Source: Candidatus Parcubacteria bacterium (lineage in GTDB: Bacteria; Patescibacteriota; Patescibacteriia; UBA1558; GWA2-36-10). From it: DNA of 49,126 bases. The stretch covers positions 1 through 49,126 of the forward strand of contig JABHSK010000009.1 of the NCBI GenBank assembly GCA_018669975.1, in the 5' to 3' direction. Positions 38,071-48,018 of the stretch are shown here, piece after piece (within the stretch, counting starts at the first letter, position 1; each line of letters starts with the position of its first letter). The notes beneath the pieces are model-generated. The model saw only the letters and a list, made by a program, of their open reading frames with translations, made no database searches and had not been told where the DNA came from. A program made the translations under genes and the position numbers.

Positions 38071-39081
38071 ATGCTTATGAACAAAACACAAACTGCTCGC
38101 CTAGAGGGCTTTGTCCTCAAAGAGGCAGAAAAATTTTTTGCAGACAAAGGATTCGTGCCACTGTTTCCACCAAAAGTGGTCCGTGCTTCTGGCGCCTGTG
38201 AAAACATCAACACTCTATTCGAAGTTAGTGTTGATAATAATCACAAATGGTTTAATAGAAATGCCTACCTATCACAAACCGGTCAACTATATTTAGAGGC
38301 CATGGTACCGTCCCTACAAAAAGTATATTGCGTTGGTCCATCATTTAGAGCCGAGGAAAAAATTGATAATAGGCACCTAACAGAATTTACCATGCTGGAA
38401 ATAGAATTTGCTGGAAATTTTGAGGAACTATTAGAATACGAAGAAAGCCTAATACACCATCTAGCACAAAAAGTGTCACAACACCCAAAGGCCCAGGAAG
38501 ACTTTGGTTTAAACGGTAAAGACTTGGAAAGACTGACTAAGTGTCCAACAAAATTCCAACGCTTTACCTATGATCAGGCTATTAAAAAACTAGAAGCGCT
38601 GGGAGAAGATATTAACTGGGGCGATGACATTTCTAGCCAAAGAGAAAAACTATTACTAGCAACGGTTGATAATCAACCGTTATTTATTACCCATTATCCT
38701 GACCCAATGTATGAAGAGCATAATGACATTGAAGTAGAAAAATTCTTCAACATGCTACCTTCTAAAGATAATCCCGGCCGGGTACTGAGTTCTGACCTGA
38801 TATTACCTTTTGGTGGAGAAGCAGTCGGAGCAGCTGCTCGAGTGCATATTTTAGAAGAATTAATAAGACGCTTAAAAAATTCCAAAATGTTCAAACGCCT
38901 AGAAGCTAAAGGTGGAGATCTAGATGACTTTGGGTGGTATATTGAACAAATAAAAAAGAATGGAGCAGTGCCCCATGCTGGCTGTGGTTTTGGTATGTCT
39001 AGAATACTTCAATATATCAGCGGCAAAACTAATATCACCGAAGCTGTTACCTTTCCCTCCAATAAAGGTAATATAATCTAG
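38071..39081 (+). CDS. AsnRS/AspRS-like class IIb catalytic-domain-only protein (possible archaeal-type asparagine synthetase)
   Basis: YLSQTGQLYLE, motif 2 FRAE..RHLTEF and motif 3 HAGCGFGMSR; no N-terminal OB anticodon-binding domain. Confidence 0.8.
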   Translation: MLMNKTQTARLEGFVLKEAEKFFADKGFVPLFPPKVVRASGACENINTLFEVSVDNNHKWFNRNAYLSQTGQLYLEAMVPSLQKVYCVGPSFRAEEKIDNRHLTEFTMLEIEFAGNFEELLEYEESLIHHLAQKVSQHPKAQEDFGLNGKDLERLTKCPTKFQRFTYDQAIKKLEALGEDINWGDDISSQREKLLLATVDNQPLFITHYPDPMYEEHNDIEVEKFFNMLPSKDNPGRVLSSDLILPFGGEAVGAAARVHILEELIRRLKNSKMFKRLEAKGGDLDDFGWYIEQIKKNGAVPHAGCGFGMSRILQYISGKTNITEAVTFPSNKGNII

Positions 39082-39488
39082 GGAACCAACTCATCCCAAG
39101 CACAATTTGAAATTTCCTGCGTGCAGGTATATCTAACCTTGCGCGTGGCCTCCGTAGTACTGGCAGTAGATTGTATATTAGAATTACAAACTCCGCCACC
39201 AGCACAACCACCGCTCTCCACAAACTGACTAGATACATTTATATTATCAACGCTTATGTCGCTGAATATTAAATTATTGGGTTGCTTCCTAAGCTGCATT
39301 AATGATTCCTCTACTCCTGATTCAGCTGCATAAAAAGTACGTATGGAATCTTTAAAAGACAACATACTAGACTTATTATTCAGCGATATAACCATAACCG
39401 ATAAAGAAATAGATAAAATAACCGCTGCTGTTACTATGGCAGCAATTAGGGCGGTGGCTCCGGATTGTGATTTTATAATTTCTTTCAT
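39078..39488 (-). CDS. PilX-like minor pilin
   Basis: SG|ATALIAAIV (no Glu5) and FYAAESGVEESL motif. Confidence 0.75.
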   Translation of the reverse strand: MKEIIKSQSGATALIAAIVTAAVILSISLSVMVISLNNKSSMLSFKDSIRTFYAAESGVEESLMQLRKQPNNLIFSDISVDNINVSSQFVESGGCAGGGVCNSNIQSTASTTEATRKVRYTCTQEISNCAWDELVP

Positions 39489-39492
39489 AAGA

Positions 39493-40038
39493 CTAGCGAA
39501 TACTCATAAACGTATCAAAAGATTGCTGTGAGTACCCATGTAAGTTTAAAATATTTCCTGATGTTAGTACAAAATTTATTTCTGTGCCAGCAATAAAACT
39601 ACCACTACTATCTAATGTTGGAGATAGGACAAAATTACTTGCTACAACTGTATTAGTGTTTAAAATAATAGGAGTAGCTGTTGATTGGTCTGGAAATCCA
39701 GCTCCAACATCTTCTGTTTCTCTATACACTAAATTACCTAACTCTAGATGCAAACTAAATCTAGTTGTTGTTGCTTTATAAAAATGCAATTGATCAGGAT
39801 CTGGGCTAACATTAATTATCGTATCAACATTATGTATATTATTGTTAATAAAATTCATGACAAAACGAGCATTATTTTGAACTTCATTGGAGGCTTTTAT
39901 TTTTTTACGCACGTTCAAAACATTCATTACCAAACTACTAATAACCATCAAAATCATACTAGTAACAAAAATATATACTAGAGTTTCTATTAAGGTAAAA
40001 CCTTTGCCGTTATTTGTAATTGATATTTTTTTTATCAT
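39493..40038 (-). CDS. Prepilin, PilW-like minor pilin
   Basis: KG|FTLIETLVYI class III signal and EVQNNARF. Confidence 0.85.
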   Translation of the reverse strand: MIKKISITNNGKGFTLIETLVYIFVTSMILMVISSLVMNVLNVRKKIKASNEVQNNARFVMNFINNNIHNVDTIINVSPDPDQLHFYKATTTRFSLHLELGNLVYRETEDVGAGFPDQSTATPIILNTNTVVASNFVLSPTLDSSGSFIAGTEINFVLTSGNILNLHGYSQQSFDTFMSIR

Positions 40039-41933
40039 GGAAAAGTTGAATAACTAATGGTAACTTCTTCTAAAATTGGCACCTCTAAATCCGCCTGACT
40101 ATCCAGATATAATTTATACCTCATGTATCTCTGATTCAAATGATGCGTGTAGTTTATCAGCTCCCCAGATTCATCAGTGTAATAAGAGGTAGCTGTCCCA
40201 TCTGGACCAACAAAATTCCATGGTCCCAAAGAATTGTTACTAGTCGCTAATTGAAAGCGTATACTGGTATCTAATGGCTCCGTACCGGTAAATGCAATCC
40301 AGTTGTAAGCCACCTGATCACTACCCGTATCAAAAGTAGATGACTCTAATTCACCTATATCAGCATATTCACAATTTACTACTTCAGTAGAAATAATAAA
40401 AAATTCCTCTTGATTACCTGATGTGGCAGCATATATCAAAGAACAGTTTGCAGACATGCCCAACACATAACCTGTTAAATTAAAACCCGAAACCTGAATC
40501 ATAACTAATGGATCACTAACATCTAAGACAACCAATTCTTCGTTTAAAAAATTAGTCCCTAATAAAATATAAGGTCCAACTATAGAAAAGGAGTGCACCA
40601 TTTCCCCTATCTCATGCTCTCCTAATAATATTGGGTTTATTGGATTGGAAACATCAAAAATATAAAACTCTGGATACGAGCCACTATTTTCAGTCGACAA
40701 ATACGCTCTAGAGCCCCTAACAGCTACATCTGTACCTTTTAAAGACCCGTCTAAATTATACTGACCAACTAATTGCATAACAGTTGGAGTAGCCACACTA
40801 ACAATTTGCATCTCTTTATCAGCATCTTTGGTTGCTAAATATACATAATTGGCAGATAAAAATATCTTAGACGTATTATCATCTACTTCTATAAAGCTCA
40901 AATATTGTGCTGTAGTGGGATTACTAATATCAAATGAGTGCATTGTATCTCCCTGTACAATATAAGCATAATTACTATCAACGGCCACATCAGTAGCGTC
41001 TACGTTACTATCTAAATCATACTTAAAAATAACAGCGGGATACTCCTTGTCGCTAACATCTATAATTTGAAATTCTGCATTATTAACATGTGTAGATAAA
41101 TAAACATAATTTCCACGAGCTATTACTGAAGTTACTGAACCACCTATATTAAGCGATGATTCTTTAGATGTATTTTCTGGATCGGCGACATTTAAAACAT
41201 AAAATTCATCGCCTGATGGATTATTTTTTGTTACTAAATACGCATAGCCATCCAACTCAAAAACATCATTATCCTCAAAATTACCAGGTGTATCAAATGT
41301 ATCTGTAGTGGTTGCGTAACTCCAATCAATAAACCCTGAAACTAAACTTACTATTCCTGGTGTTCGAATATCAATACCTGTGTCCTTAGAAAAAAACATA
41401 TCTTCATCTGACCAGGTACTTTGCCCTGCGCCACCAAACCAGTCTGTTTGTGTCCATCGGTCAGCCTGCCAACGATGCCTATATGTTTCTAAGGTTTCTT
41501 GCTTACTAACACCTGTAGCACTAATCCAGTCAACGCTTACAGTAATCTTCTTTGTATCTGCGTCTAAATTAACACCTCCTATATCTCCATAGACATTACC
41601 ATTAGAAATATTAGTTCTATAAACTTCATCTATGGTCACTGTCCTTGTATATCTACCATCTATCACTTCGCTACCTGCAGACAACGTCCAGATGTCACTC
41701 ACTAAAACAGGGTGATGACCTCCGACCGTTAAATCACTCCAGTCAACTATCTTAGTAGCCTCCACTGCCTCGGTGGCATAAAATAACACTTGCAAGTCCT
41801 CTTCATTGATACGTCGCAATTTATTATTAGAACTAGTGATATGTAAAATTAAAATTGTGCTAATAGAAATAAAAGCAATGGCAACTAAAAGCTCTACTAT
41901 AGAAAATCCTTGATTGTTAATCCTCTTTATCAT
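40035..41933 (-). CDS. Large prepilin with LVIVD-repeat beta-propeller
   Basis: QG|FSIVELLVAI; about six repeats of GxYAYL...F.I.DVSxP. Confidence 0.85.
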   Translation of the reverse strand: MIKRINNQGFSIVELLVAIAFISISTILILHITSSNNKLRRINEEDLQVLFYATEAVEATKIVDWSDLTVGGHHPVLVSDIWTLSAGSEVIDGRYTRTVTIDEVYRTNISNGNVYGDIGGVNLDADTKKITVSVDWISATGVSKQETLETYRHRWQADRWTQTDWFGGAGQSTWSDEDMFFSKDTGIDIRTPGIVSLVSGFIDWSYATTTDTFDTPGNFEDNDVFELDGYAYLVTKNNPSGDEFYVLNVADPENTSKESSLNIGGSVTSVIARGNYVYLSTHVNNAEFQIIDVSDKEYPAVIFKYDLDSNVDATDVAVDSNYAYIVQGDTMHSFDISNPTTAQYLSFIEVDDNTSKIFLSANYVYLATKDADKEMQIVSVATPTVMQLVGQYNLDGSLKGTDVAVRGSRAYLSTENSGSYPEFYIFDVSNPINPILLGEHEIGEMVHSFSIVGPYILLGTNFLNEELVVLDVSDPLVMIQVSGFNLTGYVLGMSANCSLIYAATSGNQEEFFIISTEVVNCEYADIGELESSTFDTGSDQVAYNWIAFTGTEPLDTSIRFQLATSNNSLGPWNFVGPDGTATSYYTDESGELINYTHHLNQRYMRYKLYLDSQADLEVPILEEVTISYSTFP

Positions 41934-42406
41934 GGTATATCAATTTGACCTGATGAATTAATGGTAACAGTACTAGTATTACTAGGTTGCACTAAAGTAA
42001 TAATGGAAACTGTACCGGTATTAACTGTTTGTCCGGTGAGTTTAGCAAAAACCACATCGGGACCATAACCTCCTACTCCATCTGCAAAACTAGAGCCAGG
42101 ACTAAATATCTGTGTGCCTTGTAATATACTTTCTTTATTATTGGGATCACTAACATTATAAAAATCTCCAGAAAACAGTACATATCGATCGGTCTCCATA
42201 TGGATTCCCCAGGATGCATTATCAGCTGATGCAGTAGCTAATTGTTGCGCTCTAAATAAAGAACTACGTAGCTCATCAGCTGAATTAGAAATTTGCACTT
42301 GCTTCTGCCAATTTTTATAAGCAGTTGTACTTAAAACATATATTAACACTGCAATAAATAGTGCTACTAGCACCTCAACCAAAGTAAAACCTAATTTATT
42401 TTTCAT
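41930..42406 (-). CDS. Prepilin, FimT/GspH-like
   Basis: LG|FTLVEVLVAL, ELRSSLFRAQQLA and C-terminal TINSSGQI. Confidence 0.85.
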   Translation of the reverse strand: MKNKLGFTLVEVLVALFIAVLIYVLSTTAYKNWQKQVQISNSADELRSSLFRAQQLATASADNASWGIHMETDRYVLFSGDFYNVSDPNNKESILQGTQIFSPGSSFADGVGGYGPDVVFAKLTGQTVNTGTVSIITLVQPSNTSTVTINSSGQIDIP

Positions 42407-42409
42407 ATT

Positions 42410-43794
42410 TTAGGCAAATGAATTTGTAAGTTCATACAGAGGACTGATAACAGACACCGCAATAAAACCAACTGCTAATCCAACGAGTATCAATAACACT
42501 GGCTCTATAATCATAGATAAGTTAGCTAGAACAGTACTAACTCTCTCCTCATAATAATCAGATACTTTCTTTAAAATATTTTCTAACTCACCAGTACTTT
42601 CTCCCACCTGACAAAGTTGAATTGTAATAGAGGGAAATAGATGCGCCCTAGCACTCATAGCTTCATGCAATGAAACTCCTTTTTCCAATTCAGTGGCCAT
42701 TTCCAAAATAACTTTACGATAACGATGGTTATCAACTGTCTTGGCAACTATCTGTAGTGATTCAACAATAGCTAAACCGGCTGATAACAATGCGTGTAAA
42801 TTTCCTGCAAAACGAGTCAACGACAATTCTTTAATGACATTGCCAGCTATAGGCGCCTTCAGTATAACTGTGTGTAACCATAGTTTAGGTTTTTTTAATT
42901 TGAAAATATACCTAATAAATACTGCAATGCCAATCAAGCCAGCTAACATAAACCAACCATACGCTCTAATGCTTTCATTTAAAAACTGTACGGCTATCAA
43001 AATAAACGGTAATTTTACACTAGAGCCCTCAAAAATTGATACCATCTGTGGGAAAACAAATAGGGCTAAAAATAAACTAACAACCACAATGGCTAGTAAG
43101 ACAATTGACGGATACATCAAAGCACCAAACACTTTACTGCGTAGTCTTTTTTGAGCTTTAAGTATTTCTGCTAAATGCCCTAGAGTATCTGCTAACATCC
43201 CTGTGTTTTCACCAACTTCGACTGTAGCAATAATCATTTCTGAAAAAACCTTAGGATGTTTCTTCATGCCCACAGACAGCAACTGCCCATTTTCAACTAA
43301 ATTGTAAAAGTGTTCTAAAATATTAGCTAATTTTTTATTCTTAGTTTCCTTGGCTAACGTCTTTATAGATGGCGCTAAAGCTAACCCGGCTTTCATCATG
43401 GTGGACATATTGTCCATAAAAACCATCTTATCGGTTAAACTAATGCCACCGAGCACGATACTCTTCTTTGCTTTTATATCTTTAACTTCACGTCCAGCTT
43501 TACTTGTTTTAACTTTAGTAGCTTTTAGCTTCTTCTCTAACTCTTCTACCCTCTTAGCTCCCTCTTTATTCTTTTCATCCTTTTTCTTTTCATCCTTTTT
43601 CTTGTCTGGCTTTTTCTTAGTATCTTTCTTTTTTTCACCTTTTTTTTAGGGCCTTTCTTCCCTGTATATAATTTAAAAGACGCATACTCTTTTTTGAGAG
43701 CCTGCTTTTGCTTGTCTTGGGCCATACTAACAACTGCCTTGGCCTCTATTTCAGTATCGTCTATAACTTGATGTTTGCTGTCTAGATACTTCAT
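42410..43794 (-). CDS. pilC: Type IV pilus platform protein PilC (GspF family), split by a -1 frameshift at an A8 run (43647-43640)
   Basis: GspF motifs (VGENTGML, LMYPSIV, VGESTGEL, IEPVL) lie in 42410-43456. That frame stays open upstream to the A8 run and joins the ORF starting at 43794 by a -1 shift. Confidence 0.85.
43571..43600 (-). repeat. 15-bp tandem duplication in the Lys-rich linker of pilC
   Basis: CTTTTCATCCTTTTT twice; encodes KKDEK repeats in the shifted frame. Confidence 0.85.
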
Positions 43795-43815
43795 TTTTGT
43801 TTTTGTTTTTAAAAA

Positions 43816-45546
43816 TTATTCCTTCCTAATACGTAAAACTTCTTCTATGGTAGTTAGACCTAGCAACGCTTTTTGCATGCCATCCTCAAAAATAGTAACC
43901 ATGCCCTGGGCTTTGGCTGCCTTATTTATTTCACCAGAGGAGGCGTTGCGTATAATACTAGCCTGCACATCGTCTTTATTTTCTAAAATCTCCATAACAG
44001 CCACCCTCTTTTTATAACCAGAATCACCACACCTAGAGCAACCTTTTCCCTTATAAAAACTGAGCTTATCAAAAGACTTTATTTTTTTCTCTGCAAAACC
44101 TAGCACTTTAAAACGCTGCAACATTTCCTCAAGGTCAAACTCCTTACTTAGACTAGTCAATGCTTCTTTGGATAAATGAAAACTTTCTATACAAGCTATA
44201 CAAATTCTACGCACCAAACGCTGAGCAACAACCACATTTAAAGTGGAGGCTGCTAAAAATGGCTCTACTCCCATATCCAACAAACGCGGCGGTGCACCAG
44301 ATGCATTGTTGGTATGCAAGGTAGATAGTACAAGGTGTCCAGTCAAGCCAGCTCGAACTGAAATTTGAGCAGTCTCTTTGTCACGAATCTCACCAATCAT
44401 GATTATATCAGGATCCTGACGCAGTAATGAACGTAAACCAGTCGCAAAAGTATAGCCTGCTTTTTCATTAACCTGAGTTTGATTAATACGATGAACACCA
44501 TATTCTATTGGATCCTCAATGGTGCAAATATTAACTAATTCTGTATTCAACATATTGAGAACTGTATATAAGGTGGTGGTTTTACCAGAACCGGTTGGAC
44601 CAACGACCAAAATCATACCAAAAGGCTTTTTGATCTGCCTTTCCATAATTTTAACATTTTTTTCTGAAAAACCTATATCTTCTAAAGTAAAATTTTGAGC
44701 TTCATCAGTCATTAATCTCATCACTACTTTTTCTCCATAAAAAGCAGGAATAATAGACACACGCACTGATTCCTCTTCGTCTTCTATTTTAAAAGAAAAT
44801 CGCCCATCTTGAGGAACCCTGTGTTCATCAATTCTTAAATTGGCTAAAATCTTTATTCGAGCTAAAAGAGCATCGTGCATAGAAGCTGGCAATTCAGCTT
44901 TATCGTGTAAATCACCATCAACACGGAAACGGATCACCACTGCATCAGGCAAAGCTTCAATATGTATATCTGAAGCCTGTTCAAAAATTGCATATTCTAA
45001 AATAGCATCAATAATCTTAATAACTGGTATCTCAATCTTGCTAACTTTACCATCCTTAGAAACAACTTCAGTGTTAAGCATGTCTGAAAGTTCCTTCTTT
45101 ATATTTTTTTCATAAAGACGAGTTGCAAATAGATAGTTCTTATAACTAGTCATAAAAACCTCCATTTTTTTCTTGGTCGCCTTTTTGACTAATGCTATTT
45201 TCTTTTTATCTAGAGGGTCAACAAAAGCAACTTTTAATGTCTTACCTTCCAAGCTAAAGGGAATTGCGTGGGCTTCGTTGGCTAAACCCTCTTCTATGGT
45301 GGTCAAAATCTTAGGATCAATTTTCCTCTTGCGTAAATTTACATAGGGAACATCCAACTTGTTGCTGATCAATTCATACAAATACCTCTCATTAAGAAAG
45401 CCCCTCTCAATCAAAACCTCCTCAACCCCACGGCGGCGGCGGCGAGCATTGTTTGTTGCGGCATCCCAGTCTGCTTTTTTGATAACCTTTAGGTCTATCA
45501 ATGTATTTTTTAAATCCTCCTGTGAAATTGGTAGCGATGAAGCCAT
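43816..45546 (-). CDS. pilB: Type IV pilus assembly ATPase PilB (GspE family)
   Basis: ASDIHIE, PQDGRF, GPTGSGKTTT, LRQDPD, TGHLVLSTLHTN and CxxC pairs; sits directly upstream of pilC and the pilins. Confidence 0.9.
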   Translation of the reverse strand: MASSLPISQEDLKNTLIDLKVIKKADWDAATNNARRRRRGVEEVLIERGFLNERYLYELISNKLDVPYVNLRKRKIDPKILTTIEEGLANEAHAIPFSLEGKTLKVAFVDPLDKKKIALVKKATKKKMEVFMTSYKNYLFATRLYEKNIKKELSDMLNTEVVSKDGKVSKIEIPVIKIIDAILEYAIFEQASDIHIEALPDAVVIRFRVDGDLHDKAELPASMHDALLARIKILANLRIDEHRVPQDGRFSFKIEDEEESVRVSIIPAFYGEKVVMRLMTDEAQNFTLEDIGFSEKNVKIMERQIKKPFGMILVVGPTGSGKTTTLYTVLNMLNTELVNICTIEDPIEYGVHRINQTQVNEKAGYTFATGLRSLLRQDPDIIMIGEIRDKETAQISVRAGLTGHLVLSTLHTNNASGAPPRLLDMGVEPFLAASTLNVVVAQRLVRRICIACIESFHLSKEALTSLSKEFDLEEMLQRFKVLGFAEKKIKSFDKLSFYKGKGCSRCGDSGYKKRVAVMEILENKDDVQASIIRNASSGEINKAAKAQGMVTIFEDGMQKALLGLTTIEEVLRIRKE

Positions 45547-45611
45547 TTATATAGATTTACAATTATTTATAATACATAAATTATACCAAAAATAGGGTAA
45601 TAACACAAAAT

Positions 45612-45638
45612 AAAAAACTCACCTTTAGTGAGTTTTTT
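45612..45638 (-). terminator. Terminator downstream of the second MFS/spermidine synthase-like gene
   Basis: AAAAAACTCAC-CTTTA-GTGAGTTTTTT. Confidence 0.75.
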
Positions 45639-45657
45639 AAAATTGATTTTTTTCTTA

Positions 45658-47202
45658 TTACTCAGCAGTTTTTGTATTTTTTATAGCTTTGGCAGTTAAA
45701 TAATCAACTGGCGCATAATTATCAGTAAATAAAATGTGTTCTGTCAAATCTAAACTACCAATATCTACCAGATGCTCGGCTATACCGCTAATCGTTATAT
45801 TCTCATGCTCCCTGATAGCTAAATCACTAAAATCAACTTTCCGATCGCTATTATAACCTATAAAAACAACATTCTGATAGCCATCAAACTTTTGTTTACT
45901 AGTAGCAATATAATAACTGTTAGGAAATACCTCCTGGAATGTCTTTATTTCTGAAAGCAATATAGATGGTGCTGTGTCACCAAACCTACCTAAAAAATTA
46001 CCCATGAATATGCCCTCGTCGGTTAATTTTGATTTGGATAACTCAAAGAACTCCTTTGTAGATAAATGAGCTGGAATAGAGTATCTAGAATAATAAGCAT
46101 CTCCAAATATCAAATCATATTTTTTTTCAGTATTAGCTAAAAAACGACGACCATCCTCTGCATAATTATTTAACCTGTCATCATCGGGCAAACGAAAATA
46201 TTCTTTACTCAACTCAAATAATGATGGCTCTATCTCTACTACATCAACTGTAATATCTTCAATCTCCTCTAACAAAACCTTGGGAATAGAGTAGGCTGCC
46301 CCTCCAATAATCAATGCCTCTTTTAAATCTGGCTTAAAAAACTGATAGGCTGGATAATATTTTGAATATTCAAATACCAGTTCATCTGAATCCAAAAACA
46401 TAGCGCTTGATGGACTACGATCCTGCTGCATAATTCTAACTCCTCGACCATAGGCATCTTCCGTGTCATAAATCATAATTTTTTGATAGATTCCATCTTT
46501 AATATATAAAACGTTTTCTTCCTGCTCTTCAGAAGCAACAATACTACTAGTAGTCACCACTACTAAGCCTATTAACAAAATTATTTGCGCAATAATCTTT
46601 TTCTTAAAACCCAATTTCAAAATAGGCAATAAGCCCAAAAGAACCAACAATGAGCCGGTATATATTAAAATCTCATTTACTCCTAAATTTGGTATCAGAA
46701 CAAAGCCTGTCATTAAACTACCTAAAATACTACCTAGAGTTGACCAAAAAAATATCCTTCCTGAGATAGTTCCCACTCCCTGCTCAGGTAACCGCAATTG
46801 CTGTAGCTTAATGGTAAACGGTGACAACATGCCTAGTAAAAAACTAGGGACAAAAAACATCATAAGAGATGAAACTATTGGGCCAGAAACCATAGACAAT
46901 GAATGACCCATAGATGGTAATAGAATAATCGTAAATAATTGTAAAAGTAAAACCAATAGTCCGCTGATTAAAATAATACTAAAAAATATTTTTTCTGAGG
47001 GATGCTTATCTGCTAAACGACCACCAAGGTAATAGCCCACGCTTAGGGCTGCTAATATTACACTCAGTACACCAGAAACAGTAAAAATTGTATTGCCATA
47101 ATAGGGGGAAAGTATACGTACAGCCAAAATTTCTACTACTAATACAGCTGCTCCAGTTAAAAAAACTACAAATAGCAAACCATTCTTTTTCCAAAAACTC
47201 AT
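45658..47202 (-). CDS. Fused membrane / spermidine synthase-like SAM-binding protein
   Basis: About 7 TM helices (VEILAVRILSPYYG, WSTLGSILG), then LIIGGAAYS, DVVEIEP, EDGRRFL, YDLIFGDAY, HLSTKEFF and TDNYAP. Confidence 0.85.
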   Translation of the reverse strand: MSFWKKNGLLFVVFLTGAAVLVVEILAVRILSPYYGNTIFTVSGVLSVILAALSVGYYLGGRLADKHPSEKIFFSIILISGLLVLLLQLFTIILLPSMGHSLSMVSGPIVSSLMMFFVPSFLLGMLSPFTIKLQQLRLPEQGVGTISGRIFFWSTLGSILGSLMTGFVLIPNLGVNEILIYTGSLLVLLGLLPILKLGFKKKIIAQIILLIGLVVVTTSSIVASEEQEENVLYIKDGIYQKIMIYDTEDAYGRGVRIMQQDRSPSSAMFLDSDELVFEYSKYYPAYQFFKPDLKEALIIGGAAYSIPKVLLEEIEDITVDVVEIEPSLFELSKEYFRLPDDDRLNNYAEDGRRFLANTEKKYDLIFGDAYYSRYSIPAHLSTKEFFELSKSKLTDEGIFMGNFLGRFGDTAPSILLSEIKTFQEVFPNSYYIATSKQKFDGYQNVVFIGYNSDRKVDFSDLAIREHENITISGIAEHLVDIGSLDLTEHILFTDNYAPVDYLTAKAIKNTKTAE

Positions 47203-47334
47203 AGTTAAAAATTTAATTAATTATGAAGACAGTATAACACTTCTTGTTCAAAAAAAACAGATTTTGCTAAAGCATATATATTTTTCCTTATTATTGTTAT
47301 AATGACTATATAATTAAGAATTAATCAATAAAAC

Positions 47335-47958
47335 ATGGGGTTTTTAGATAATTTAAAATGGCGTTTTGCTACCAAAGAGTTCGATGTTGATAGGCCGGTA
47401 TCAAAAGAGGGTTTAGACAAAATCCTAACCGCCATTCGAATGGCTCCTACTTCCTACGGTCTACAATCTTTTCATGTCTATGTAGTGGAAAATTTAGATC
47501 TTAAGAAAAAAATAAAAACTAGGTCTTTTTTACAAAAACAAATAGACACCTGCTCTCATCTGTTAATTTTTTGTGCTCGTACCGACAAAAAAAACATAAG
47601 TCAAAGAATTGATGATTATATAGATTTAGCCACAGGTGGCGATAAAGTAAAAAAATTAAAAATGCAGCCAGCAAAACTAATGATGAAGGGTTCCATTAAA
47701 ATGAAATCGGATGAAGATGTCGCTTGCTGGAGTAGCAAGCAATGCTACATTGCCCTAGGCTTTGGTCTAGCAGCTGCAGCAGAATTAAATATTGATTCTT
47801 GTCCCATGGAAGGATTTGATAAAAAAGCTGTAGATAAAATCTTACAATTGCCAGCTAATTTGAATTCTACGGTATTTTTGGCTGTTGGTAATCGCAAAGA
47901 AGATCCAAGTAGAGCAAAAATTAGGTTCTCCAATGAAGATATGTTTACCCACAACTAA
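47335..47958 (+). CDS. Nitroreductase family NAD(P)H-dependent oxidoreductase
   Basis: LKWRFATKEFD, APTSYGLQ, IDSCPMEGF and LAVG motifs. Confidence 0.92.
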   Translation: MGFLDNLKWRFATKEFDVDRPVSKEGLDKILTAIRMAPTSYGLQSFHVYVVENLDLKKKIKTRSFLQKQIDTCSHLLIFCARTDKKNISQRIDDYIDLATGGDKVKKLKMQPAKLMMKGSIKMKSDEDVACWSSKQCYIALGFGLAAAAELNIDSCPMEGFDKKAVDKILQLPANLNSTVFLAVGNRKEDPSRAKIRFSNEDMFTHN

Positions 47959-48018
47959 ACCTTGCTCTATTATCATTGTTTGCTATACTTTATTAAATTA
48001 ATTAATCTAATAAAAACT

